Part shown: positions 51,689 through 64,000 of the stretch, in pieces
Numbering within the stretch: the stretch's first letter is position 1
Layout: every line of letters starts with the position of its first letter
DNA from: Paramecium tetraurelia
Lineage: Eukaryota
Direction of reading: 5' to 3'
Assembly: GCA_000165425.1 (NCBI GenBank)
Contig: CT868540.1
Location: 62,001-126,000, forward strand
Length of the DNA stretch: 64,000 nucleotides
The notes under the pieces: model-generated
What the model was told of the DNA's origin: nothing
Databases searched by the model: none
The model's input: the letters and a program-made list of their open reading frames with translations, nothing else
Position numbers and translations under genes: made by a program

Positions 51689-53715
51689 ATGTTAACTTTT
51701 AAAGTCATTTTACCAGATTAATCAGAAGGTTCATATCAAATATCTAAAACTTCAATGGTCAAAGAGTTTGTGTAAATTATAAAGGAATAAAATTCTGATA
51801 AGGATTGGCACAAATATGAATTAGAGTTATATTTATTTGATTAGATGCTCAATTAAGAGGGATCTGTTGATAAAATTATATGCAGCCCATCAACTGATTA
51901 TCTAACCTTAAATGTAAGGAAGGGAGAAAGAATTAAAAGATTATAAACATTCTTTTCTGCTGCTTTGGTTAAAATATAAAAAAAAACTGAAGATGACATG
52001 AGTGGACTTTAAAGGGCTTTGAAAAAAAGTTCTACAATACAAGAGTTACCAAAATAAACAGAAAAAAAGAATATCAAAAGGTTTTTGTCATTTTTTACAA
52101 GTGCTACTCTTAAAATAGCTGAGATTTCTAGATAAAAAACTTAAAATTTTACTGAAAAAGTTTAATAAACAGAGAAAGGGAGACAAGACATTTACAGTTA
52201 AGACCCAAGTAGAATTAACTAAGAGGAAGATCCATTAAAAAATAATAATGATACTGTGTTAGGATTATTGGAAAATTTAGATAAGCCTAATAACCAAAAT
52301 TTTCATCATAAACATAACGATACCTAAACAAAACCTAAATCACTAAGTCCAGAGGCTAAGAAATACTTAGAAAGGAAAAAGAAAGCAATTGAAAATTTGA
52401 ATGATCCAATTTAATCTGCAAAAGCAAAACAGTTAGTTACTGATTTAAAAAGGTAAAGAAAAGAAATTGAAAACAGAAAGAATAAACAATTGCATAATGA
52501 ATCTGATTAATTAGAGGAAAGCATTGAGAAATATAAGATGGAATTAGAATAATAGAAGGAATTTCTTCATTAGGAGAAGCGGATGAAAATTAAAGAAAGA
52601 TTATTAGAGATGTAGAAATAGCAAGAATTATAGTAATAAAGAAATTAGGAGTAGAAACATCTTCTTAATGAATTGAAAAATAAAGAGAAGGAGAAAAAAA
52701 AACAATTAGAAGAGAGAGAGGAACTCTTGAAAAAATAGTATTATGAAGATGCCAAGGTAATTTGTTATTTGTTTATTAAAGCTGAAACTGCAACAAAGGA
52801 AAAAATTAGCCATCCCTATCAGACTGGAAGAAATAAATAAACATGAAGAGGATTACTTGAATAAGAAACAGTTATTAAAATTGGAGAAGGATTAGAAGAA
52901 ATTGGAAAGGGAGATTGTAATCCAATAAGAAACCAAGTAAATTTATAAAGCTAAATAAATTTTATAAAAAGTTATGGATTTGGATTCGAAATTCAAAAAC
53001 AAAGATATTGTAGATAAATAATAAAAAGCTGAAAGACTAATGAGAAAGTAAAAATACGCAGAAATAGTTAAAGAGTATCATAAACCAAATATCAAGGTTT
53101 AAACAGATATTCAGTTTAGTAGAGCAGTACACAATAGGTCTGATAATTCACTTTAAGATGAATATGTTGAGTATGTAATTAAAACTATACATAGCTTTCT
53201 GAAAGAGGGGGATGCAAAATCAAGTGCCACAAAATTGGACTCAATTCGCAATAAATTCTATAAATAGGCACAATCAGGATCAGGTATTATTAAATGTAAT
53301 AGTAGAAAGGAATGTACATAAAATCTAGAACGTTTTAAATGTATAAAAAGTAAGTAAAACAAAAGTGACAGAATCATTGTAAAAGGGATTTGTACCTAGT
53401 TCTTCAGTTTATTACCAACCTAAACCAATGAAGAGTGAGTTCTAGGAAGAACAATAGAAGAAGAAGCCAATAAACTATTTAAAAGAATTGGAATAGGAAC
53501 GGATGAATCACTAAGGAAAGTTAGTAAGCAGCAGTGTTCCACGATTACAACAAGATTATCGATCAATTATGGAGAGGGGAAAAAGGTATGAAAAGGAGGC
53601 TTAGCGAAAAGAGCATTAAGCTTATTATTTGAATGATGAGAGACTAAAGGAGGAGGCAGACGACTTATTTTTGAAGAGTGTATAAGAAAAAATAAGATTT
53701 TTGGAGAAGATTTGA
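51689..53715 (+). CDS. Hypothetical coiled-coil protein
   Basis: MLTFKVILPDQSEGSYQI..., a long E/K/Q-rich coil, ending ...EEADDLFLKSVQEKIRFLEKI*. Confidence 0.75.
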
Positions 53716-53972
53716 TGAAATATTTTACAATTAGTTATAAACTTGAAAATAGTGAATTATTTATAAATTTAAATTGTTGTTCTCTAATAAAGATGATATA
53801 TAATAATAATCAGTTGATTTAGTTTGTTATTGAGAAAGAATCGAAGTGGCAACTGAAATGATATTATTATAATTTATGGTAATTAGCAACCTAATTGAAA
53901 TCATTAAATCAATCTGTTGCAATCATATCTCAAAAAATTATTATTAATAATATATATTATTTACTACAACAA

Positions 53973-56900
53973 ATGGACCTTCCTTCTATTCCAATTTAAA
54001 AAATTTAATCATAATTAGGAGTTGATAATTTGGTATCATAATAACATATTTTCAATCCAAATACTTAGAATCAAGAAAGTGCAAAACAACCTAAGTATTT
54101 AATGTAATTATCAAAGGCGAAACTTCAATTTAAAAGTGGGGGATATTGTGTATTTCAAGTCTTATTTGACCGACGACTTTAAGGGAGTAATATCTGGCGA
54201 TGGAATTGCGAGCAATAAGTTGGAGTGTATTTAGATTTTGGGCAAAAATCAATAATTGACCGATCAATCCAAAAAAAGCTTACAATAGAAGGTTGGCAGT
54301 TTGACTTTTCAGAAAAGCTTATTTTAGGTAATTACAGGCAAAAAATATCAATATTAAAACTTTCTAGTTCAAGAACGTTCAAAATCAATTGATGACATTA
54401 GAGAATAAGCAATAAGTGAGGAAATCGATTTAGAATAATGTCAATTAGATTATGAAAGAAGATTGAAAGAACTTGAAGATAAGGCAAACGAAGAAATTAT
54501 AGAAAACAAACGTTTTTATGATCTTGCTTATGGATCCAATATTGTCTACGGATAAGAAATATAACTTAAACATATCTATTCTTCATGCATTCTGTCTTTT
54601 AATTGCGCTATATTGGCCAAAGAAAATTGCTGTAGAGAATTATCTTTGGAGGAAATTGCAAATGCAAATTCAAATTTTCGAATTTTATCGATGAATCAAG
54701 TCAAAAATCCTGGAGAACCTATTTTATATGGAGACTAAATAATAATCCAAAATTCAAGTTCGAATAAATGGTACCTGAATATTTAGAAACAAACGCAAAA
54801 ATATGATAAAAAGGATGGGTTAGAAGTTAACTGTTCATAAGTTGGATTTCCTATTAAGATTGCAAGTTATATTGATAATAAAACTGAATAAGATTTGAAA
54901 TAATAATCTCTAAAATAGAAATCACTTATGAGCGGAGATGTAGTAAAAATTAAAAATAGATATCTGGGTGGTTATCTCTCAATTAAAAGATAACTTAGAA
55001 TAACTGAAGGACTAGATAAAAAAGAAGTATTTATTAAAAATTATGATACCAATATCTCATATTCAAAAGATTAATTTTATTTTAATGTAGAATTAGTTAG
55101 AAGTGAAAAAATAGAATACATGTATTAATTATGCGTTGATTCATCAGATGATGCAGAAGACAATTTAAATAATTTATGGCAAATTTAACATGTTGATAGT
55201 TTAACATTTTCAAAAGCAAATTACGACAGTGTTTTCTTAATAAGACATGTATGTACAGGGTTATTCTTGGAAATATCTCATCATGCTGCCAATTTAACAT
55301 ATGATGGATTAAGACAAGAGTGTTAATTTCATTTAAGATCCAAGAAATCATCAAATGACTCAATCTTATTCAGTGAAGCCTATAAATTATAATCTGTTAT
55401 GAATGTGTAGATTGACAATTATGTTACATAAGAAAATTTGGTCTTAGTTTGTTTAGATGACAGAGTGACCGTATAAAGGAAGAGTTAAAAATAAAACATA
55501 GAAAGAGTAACATTTCTACTGAAGTTAGCCACTCCTGAGTAAGCTAAAACTGCATTTAGAATTAATTCTTTATAAGAATATTTAATTCAGTTCTATATAT
55601 TTTTATAGGATTGGGGAATAATTAAGACATCAACTTAAGGGTTGGAGGATATTAGAACCTATGATTATTTTGAAGCATTCAATAATTAAAAGGTATTATA
55701 CGATGAAATTTTGCAACTATTTCAAACTTTGGAAAATTTGAAAATGTATTTAACCAATGAGGGTTTAGCATAGACTAATGAATAACAGTAATTTAAATAG
55801 AAGGCTTTAATGGATAATGACATTATTAATTTACTATTTGCAATACAACGATTATGCAATTTTATGATATATGGTAGTTTGATCAATAGTAATTCATAAA
55901 TCATTGATAAGACACCTTAAAAGATTGCTAAAATGAAACTTGATCCTGCTCCTTCATAATCATCAAAAATGAATTGTATATAAGAAATATACGATGTGTT
56001 AAGTCTGTGTGTTTAAAGAAATTCAGATACAAGTAATTATATATTGACCTTAATGATGAATAAGGAGAGTGTCTTAGACTTCTTATTGCAACAATTGAAA
56101 TACTAAAGAAAACACATCTCGAACCTGATCAAGGAAAGCGTTAGGTATACAGATATGAGTGAGTCTAAGGATAATATTAAAAAATGGGTAAATCAATTGG
56201 AGAACTTATCTGAAGAAAATATTGAAGATTAAACTCTCTACATTGAAATATTATGTTTAATCATGATAGATCCATATGAGAATCCGAATTAACTATGTTA
56301 GAGTGCTTGCAGAAGATTATTATTTGGAACAAAAAACAAATAAGAATAATAATATCCTTTTCATAAAGCTTTAATTGCCTTAGATATATAAGAAGAGAAT
56401 AATAATTATTATCCTATCGTTCAATTTTTTCCAAAAAGAGACAAAGGAATGTAGATGCAATTAGCTAATGAATTCGGTTAGAATAATTAGACCTTTTGTT
56501 AACTTTATCTAAGATTTATTGATAAATAGGCTAGACTTACTTAGAGATTTTAAAGCAAGAGGCCAACCTTAATAGATGTAGTCATTGATTTTTTTACTCT
56601 TGAAACACTCAAAGAAAACTAATTAGTAAAATAGGAAGATGTGAAATTAGTGGTTCCAATATTTTAGAAATACGAAAACTATTTAATGAATGTTATGAGT
56701 TTATATTCTTCATTGTGTAAGGGAAGGAATTAAAAGAATATCAAATGTCTAATGAAAAACTGCTTTTTAAATTAAAAATTTCTATAGATATGTTTAAAAC
56801 GTTAATAGAATGTTAAGTCTGAACTTAGATTCGAAAAAACCTTAATTGAGTTATTTTGCAATTTATTCTTAGATATTGATCCATTAATCAAGATTTCCTA

Positions 56901-59900
56901 AAATTATGATCCATTTTATGCCAATAATCAAACAAATACAATAAAATGTTATTTAAGTGACGACATTGAATAATTCAACATCTAGAATCCTTCAGGACTT
57001 TACTTTTATGAGAATAACGCATCAAAGTCTTTAAAAAGAAGTGATGAATATTAAAGTTTTCTTCACCAAAAAGAAACTAAGGCTGAACATTAATAACTTA
57101 AACTATATGCTGCCAAAATGTTATAAAGATCGTAAGTGAATGATGTTCGTTTGTATTATTTAGAAATGTTTACAAAAGAAGAATATCCTGAACATCTCTT
57201 ACAAGAGGCAAGCTATGATATCTTCTAATCTAAAAAAGCAAGTCTTAATAAATAAAAATATGATTACTCACGCCTTGCTTATTTATAATTGCATTATTTT
57301 TTAGGATTGTTGACAATAGTCAAAAACAGCATCAATTTGGGATATAATCAATTGGATGAAAACTAGAGAATATTTTCAGTATTTCCTAACATATTTGTTG
57401 CTTTAATTATATAATAGATTCCTGATTTGAGAATTCATAAATTTTCAGAAAATGAACCATTCCAATAAAACTTGAATAACTTAATACAATCAGTCAATGA
57501 TAACATTTGGGTAGTAACATTTCTCCCCACAGCTGAGCAATTGTCTGAGAAAAAAAAGTCTAAACATAAAGATTTTAAGCGAATGGATCTTAATTCAAGG
57601 CTATACAACTAATTTTAAAGAAATTGGATTCTCTATATGTTGATATGGACACATTAACATTGCAATGATGAAATTTTAAAAACACAAGTATATTTGGAAT
57701 CCTTAGCCATTTTAAAAATATTTGAACAATTAAAATTAAATCTTTAAATCCTAGAATTTTTATTTAGTTCCTCTTAATAAAATGAATCAAATCCAAGTTC
57801 TCCAAGTCAAAGAGATCTAGATTAATTTGTATATGATGAAGTTATCAATCAAGAAGTGGAGATTAAAAAATAAAAAACTCCTGCATCCAAATCCATTTAT
57901 AGTGTTTTCAAGGAACCTGATGGAAATAGCATTTGTGGATTATTATTTACTTGTTTATTAGTATCAGGAAAGAGAACTAAATTAAATGAAGAATTGTTAC
58001 AAAGAATCATCCAAAGTTTCCATTAACCAAAATATTCAATCAAAGAAATCAAACAGGTGGAAATTATTGATAATCCATAAGAATTAAGATATTTTTCAAT
58101 CATTAATGGAAATTCTAATAGTGTTTAATTGATAAGTCCAAAGGAAGCAATCTAATTATCAAAGAGAGCATTGAAATTCATAACAAGTTAAAAAGAAAAC
58201 AATGTAATTCATAAACGAGCTGTATCTTTTGATTAATTAAAAGCATACTCATCCAAAATAATTGAATAATTTGAAATGTTTTTTAAACCCAACTCTTAAG
58301 ATTTGTAGTATTTGAAGTCATTTTAAAACATATTAAGAAATGCTAGTGTGCATCTTGTATTTTTGAAATTTTTAGTAGATCCTGAAACAATAAATTGCTC
58401 AAATGACATAGTTTTGTTTTATAAAAGACTTGTTCTAATTTTGGAATACTTTATAATAGATAACTAGATTAACATTTCCATCTTAGGCGATAATGAGTAT
58501 TTGTTAAAAATTCTGGATGTTATTTAAATACAGTAACCATAGGCATAAGATAAATTTTATATTCCTATTAAAGTTACAAAACTGGCAATCAAACTGATTT
58601 CTTCAATTCCAGAAAATCAGCATGATAACTTGATTAACAAAATATTTGATCGTATTTAAAAGATAGGAGAGCAATTGATGCAAAGTCAAGAATTTTACTT
58701 AAAGGCATACAGCATAAGAGATGAAGAGGAAGAGATTAAATACGTCCAAAGAAGTACTCATATAAATGCTATTGCTTATTACACTTTGATTTAGTATTTC
58801 AAGATTTTGAGGTCTCTAACAAAATCCTTTGATAAACCTGCCAAATAGGCACCTTTGAATAAACATTTGATATTATCTAAGATTTTAAAAAATAAATTCC
58901 TAAGGATAGTCTTAGATCCAATCAATTATTATAAGGCTATTCTTGTCCCAGAATTAGATTCTGGTGAAGAAGAAGTGTAAGATCCCTTGCTTTATCATAG
59001 AATGAAATTACATTCAGAATTAATAGTCTTGTTAACTGAATGTTGTCAGTTTTATAGATTAGGAATTTAAGAAATGTAAAGAATATTATTGTATGAATAA
59101 TTAAAGACCATTTTATTGGCTCCGACTGGAGAGTACATTGTTAAAAGGGCTTATTTGCAATGCTTATTTGAATTATATATCAATTAAGTCAAGGAAGGGT
59201 AATATGCAAATGATACAGTTGAAAGTGATGAAGTACGAGATATATTGTCTAGAGTAATAATACCAGAATTAGATTAGAAATAAATCTGCAAATATTTGGA
59301 GGGACTATCTAAATTAGCTAATCAGGATAGAAATATGAAGGTTATTCAAAAAGATTTGAGAGACTCTATTAAGAGGTAGAAATTAACATATTTTGAGAAA
59401 AAACTGTCTTTTGATTCAGAATTTGTAAAAGAATTGGGAATATTAAGAGATGTAAGTGAATATTGGAAGTATTTGAGAAAAAATGGAATAATACATTTTC
59501 TAGTTTACACTTATGATGAGATGAAGGATAGAACTGATCTTGAAAATCCAGAGAATTCAAATTTATCTGATGAATTTGCAATCATTAAACAGAATGTTTA
59601 AAAAGTTAAAGAGATTTTTAATGTTTTAGAGAGAGATTTTAGAGTGAAGAAGGAAGATTTAGATTTGGATGATTATAGAGAATTGATAACTTCAATTGAA
59701 GAGATAATACCATAAAGAAAAATTACTAAATTTGGTTAGAACTTTAGAATAGGATTTCAATAAGATAAAACAGCTAATAAATTAGTATTTGATTAGTTTG
59801 ATACTTTGAAAGATGATTAAACTGGAGAAAAAAAGTTGCAAGAACAAGAAAATGTCCAGAGAATTGAAAATCCTTTTAGGAGAAATTTCAAAGTGTATCT

Positions 59901-62900
59901 CATTAGATATAGATTGAATATTAATGAGTTTAATGAGTATATAGAAAGGAATTCAACTGAATAAGAAAGATCTTAGACAATACTTCTTACCTGCAACAAT
60001 TATAAAAATTATATCTAATAAAGTGATATAGATGAAATCTATAGAGTGAATGTAGAGTAAATAAAGAGATAAGAATAAGTAAACAATAGAAATAAACCTC
60101 TATAAGATTGGGATTTATTCAAATAAGCCATGAGAGACTTATTTGAAATTAAAACTGTTTAGGTTGTAATAAATTAGTAAGTACAAACTTATCAAAGATA
60201 ACAAGAAGGCTTAGAAAATCTTAAGGAGGAGTTTTAAATTACTTGTTGTAGATAAATTGGAAAATAATATAAGAAATTTGAAGGTTAATTAGAGGGAAAT
60301 TAGGATTTACTTTCAGATGATATATAGATTGAATTGTTAATAAAGACCTTAGAAAAGCAGAACACAAACTTATTAAATGAGGATAATGTCTAAGAATTTT
60401 TGTAGAAGTGCATAGGAATATTTTTAAATAGAGAATTCTATCTAATAAAGTTATGCAAAATATTTTTGTTTCTAAAAAGACCAACATAAGATGACATAGA
60501 TTCACTTACAGAAGCTAAGGATGAAAAGTCAAAAGAATTGATCAGATAAAAGTAATAGATATTCATTAAATATCAAAATGCTATAGTGGACAGCGATTTG
60601 GACATATTGGCTTTAGAGATGTTGAATGACTCTGTTGACGATGTACAAAAGATAGAGGCTTTGCAGTTGTTAATTTATTTATTGGATTATGGAAATGACT
60701 ACGTATAGAAGAAGTTTTATAATATACTTAAGTAAGATCAGGTAATTAAATAAAAATTCTTTGTTTTCCTTCGAGGGTTCTTCTTGACTGATATTAATTC
60801 TAGAATTTTAGAATTGGAATTATGTGAAGGCAATAACACTGAATATAAAATACTTTGTTTGAAAGTGCTAAAACTATTGTAGGCTATGTGCGAAAATGTC
60901 AATGTTGATTTCCAGAAGTTTTTAGTTAGATAATATGATGATGACTCATATCAAGCCAATATTAACATTGTTAACGAAGTTGCAAGTTTATTAGCAGATT
61001 TATTGGAAAAGGGATAGAGCGTATTTGATAAGTTACAGGAAATCTACAGATAAGCCTTGGAGAGTTTAGTTGAATTTTCTACAGGATTTGAAGAAAACAA
61101 AAAAGAATTATGCAAAAACACGCGATTGTTTACATTACTGAATTAGATTTTATAGAAAGATGATTTGGTTTCATTTAGATAGTTGCATCAGGAAAATAGA
61201 AATATTATAAAAGAAAATTTATTGAAATCATAGAATCAGGAAGAGGATCTTATTATAGATTTAAATAAGAATTAGGCAGATGAAGAGAGAAAATATAATT
61301 CATATCAGACACTTCAATCATTTATTAAATTATTGTTATTGATTACACAAGGGAAATTCGATAGGCAATGTTTGAAATTTGTATTAGAAACTGTAAACAT
61401 CACAATACTGATGAGAATTGCAAGATCAATATATCAGGAACGTATTAAACCAAAATAGAGAAATATCATTTTAGATAACATTTGTGATGAATCCAAAACT
61501 GGTTAACATCAATATTGTACAAATAACTTATGCCATTTTGGATTAAGAACGGATGAGGACAATCTACTTATTTAAACTGGATTTAATATTTTCATCATTT
61601 GCCTAAAATTATCAGAACATTTTCCAACTGACTCTTAATTAGAAATATTTAGATTTGACGAAGAAGATGAGGATTAAGAAGATTTTATCGATTTAAGTGA
61701 TCCATAATAAGAGGAATAACAAAAAAAGAATACATAACATTAATAAAAAGTTGTGCCCATTTTTATCAAAAGTAAGAACTCTGGATAAGAAGAAGAAAAT
61801 GCTCTACTAAGTAATAATTTAAGATAAACTCAACAAAATGAGTTTAAATTAATATATGATGATATTCAAAATGATGAAAATTATAAATTTACTAGAAAAC
61901 AACCCTTCTTTAAATTTTATAGGTAATTTACAGGAAGGATTGAAATCTAAAATGAATAATCTTAACTTGAAAAGATATTCTTCTAAAAACCATTTGCTTG
62001 CAACTTTGTCACTCCTAACATTAAACAGCATTTAATTTATGAGATCAATCGAGAAACTGATGAAGATAGAATGTAAGGATTAATAGATTAAGCTGATTTT
62101 TATCATGTCTAAATGAGACATTCCTAATAAATTAACAATAGTTTTATAATGCATTTTGGAGCAGTCTATTGGAGATTATTAAAGGACTTATCTTTTATTC
62201 TATGTTTGGTAATTGTCATTCTCTTGATTTTTATGCATGACATAGTGGTCAATAGTAAAATAGGTTCTAATCAAGAAGCACCTGAATCCGAAACAAAATC
62301 TCAAGGATAGAATTTCGTAAGTTATCTTAATAATGTAATATATGTATTTATTACTTTAGATTATAACCATCATCTAATTAGTATTGAATCTAATCATAGT
62401 ATTCTTTTGCGCAATAGAAAGATACCCAATATCAATTACATATAATAGAGGTGAAACTAATGCAAAAAGAGTTCAGATCTTAAAAAAAGAAGCTGGATTC
62501 TCAATAGCATGGTTAACAATGAAGTATTACACTATTATTGGATATTTTGAATCTGAATTTTAAGGATAGAAAGTTAATGAAAGTACATTAAAGAAGCTTA
62601 TTCTCGTTACATTTTTTGATTTTGATAACTTTTACAATGTAAATGTATTTTATAATTTAGATTTGCATTTTCGGATTGACAGTGTATGCATTCTTTAATC
62701 CATATATTTATGCTGTGCTACTGTTAGATATCATTAAGAGATCTGAAGATCTTCAGAACATCATAAAATCAATCACATCTAATGGACGTAATTTAGCTAT
62801 TTTCTCTTTTCTTGGCTTTATCGGATTATTAATTTATGCTATAATTGCATTCTCAAACTTTGATTGGATGTTTAATGACGAGGACGGTGTTTATGGTTAA

Positions 62901-63444
62901 ACATTCATCTTAGCTGTCACATCCACCATAAATTTTGGTCTACGTAGTGGTTTGGGAGATTCAATGAAAACATATCCTGAACCTTACGAAGATCCAACTT
63001 TATATTGGGGAAGGTACTTTTTTGACTTCTCGTTTTTCATTATTTTTAATATTTTGTTTATCTAAATAATCTTTGGTATTATTTTAGATACTTTTGGTGA
63101 ATTGAGAGATGAAAGATAGGCTTTGGTGAAGGAAATCGAAGGAAAATGTTTTGTTTGCAGTCTAGATAAAAATGATATTGATACCAAGTAATATAGAATT
63201 CTATACATTTAGTGGCACAAGGGGATGGCATTATCATATATATTTAGAACACAGTGTATATCATATGCTCTACTATATCATCTATATAAAGAATAAAGAT
63301 CCGAATGATTGTAATGCTTTGGAGAAGTACGTGAACAAGTGTATAGAAGGGAAGGAAACTGCTTTTTTTCCATTTGGGAGAGCTCTATAAATAGAGGATT
63401 AGAATAATGAGGAAGAAGAAACTGATGAGCAAAGCGAATCCTGA
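53973..63444 (+). CDS. IP3 receptor / ryanodine receptor-like Ca2+ release channel (Paramecium CRC-type), ~3100 aa
   Basis: N-terminal MIR/beta-trefoil motifs (IVYGQEIQLKHIYS, ILYGDQII), LYSSLCKGRN, LLQAMCENVNVDFQKFL, TM/pore NFGLRSGLGD, GRYFFDFSFFII, IIFGIILDTFGELRD, CFVCSL..HIYLEH. Confidence 0.93.
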
Positions 63445-63706
63445 TATTAAAATCGTATTCATTTATATTATCCTAAAACATAAAAATATTATTTAGAACT
63501 CTACTCTATTTAGGTGCGATCTTTAGATAGCTAATTATCAAATGTAATCTTCTCGCAAAATCAGTAATTTTCAATTTTGATTTATTTCAATGTATACATC
63601 ATCGGTTTGATGTTACTTTGAAATATATTCAATAAGGAGCTATTTAACATAATAAGTAAATTTGAATTAGATGAAATATTTATTTATTAAATTTTATTAT
63701 CGAAAA

Positions 63707-64000
63707 ATGAATTCGCCTAGCATTCCCAACAAAATAATTAATAATTAATTTGTTCTGAAGAAAAAATTATCGGCTGGATCATATGGAGTTGTTTTTGAAG
63801 CTGAAGATTTATTAAAAAAATAATTAGTGGCTGTTAAAATAGAGAAAAAAGAAAAGAATTCAACACTTGACCGTGAAATACATATTCTCACTAGATTGTT
63901 AGGCACACAAGGTGTTCCAAAGCTAATTTGGAGTGGAATAGATAACAATTCCAACATACTCGTTTAACAATTGCTGACAAAGGATATTGGGGCATATTTA
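63707..64000 (+). CDS. Casein kinase 1 family kinase (partial, runs off the window)
   Basis: KKLSAGSYGVVF...VAVKIEK...LDREIHIL...GVPKLIWSG...LVQQLL. Confidence 0.85.

Noticed and set aside
848..63957. Most short ORFs in the supplied track (e.g. 2271-2534, 30129-30428, 45592-45804, 55097-55363, 63745-63957)
   Set aside because: Antisense or off-frame shadows of real genes, or fragments cut at TAA/TAG because the standard code was used.
1..64000. Genome-wide UGA=Trp or context-dependent stop code
   Set aside because: Trp residues in the intact genes I translated use TGG and genes end at TGA. The internal TGAs at 225 and 443 co-occur with a frameshift; only the syntaxin case sits at a conserved Trp.
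1..64000. CRISPR arrays, tRNA, rRNA, mobile elements
   Set aside because: No repeat-spacer pattern, tRNA T-loop/cloverleaf, rRNA-like GC-rich tract or transposase/RT motifs noticed; not verified computationally.

Overview
Very AT-rich, gene-dense eukaryotic DNA that reads as a ciliate macronuclear-type scaffold, most likely Paramecium. The basis is TAA/TAG read as Gln inside conserved proteins, TGA as the only stop, tiny 20-35 nt GT..AG introns and intergenic gaps of tens of bp. The supplied ORF track stops at TAA/TAG and so fragments nearly every gene. Manual translation with the ciliate code (table 6) gives about 30 genes. Recognisable ones are RPL36, KATNIP-like, pantothenate kinase, SURF1, an INCENP IN-box protein, a Pumilio/PUF protein, XRRA1-like, syntaxin-16-like, a Ser/Thr kinase, AK7-like, a nucleoside hydrolase, two tandem hybrid histidine kinases, an SR-type RRM/zinc-knuckle protein, an EF-hand protein, LRRC72-like, a ~9.5 kb IP3R/RyR-like Ca2+ release channel and CK1. 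Several pseudogenes at different stages of decay are present, including a deleted CTP synthase. The most unusual features are: (1) a ~3.7 kb gene apparently encoding four macrodomains (one intact) plus a kinase C-lobe remnant; (2) a 76-nt hairpin-forming intron with an in-frame alternative acceptor inside the SR protein's zinc knuckle; (3) an in-frame TGA at a conserved Trp of syntaxin-16; (4) a PUF protein with non-canonical RNA-recognition residues. CDS spans include introns. All calls come from by-eye translation and motif recall, with no database searches.
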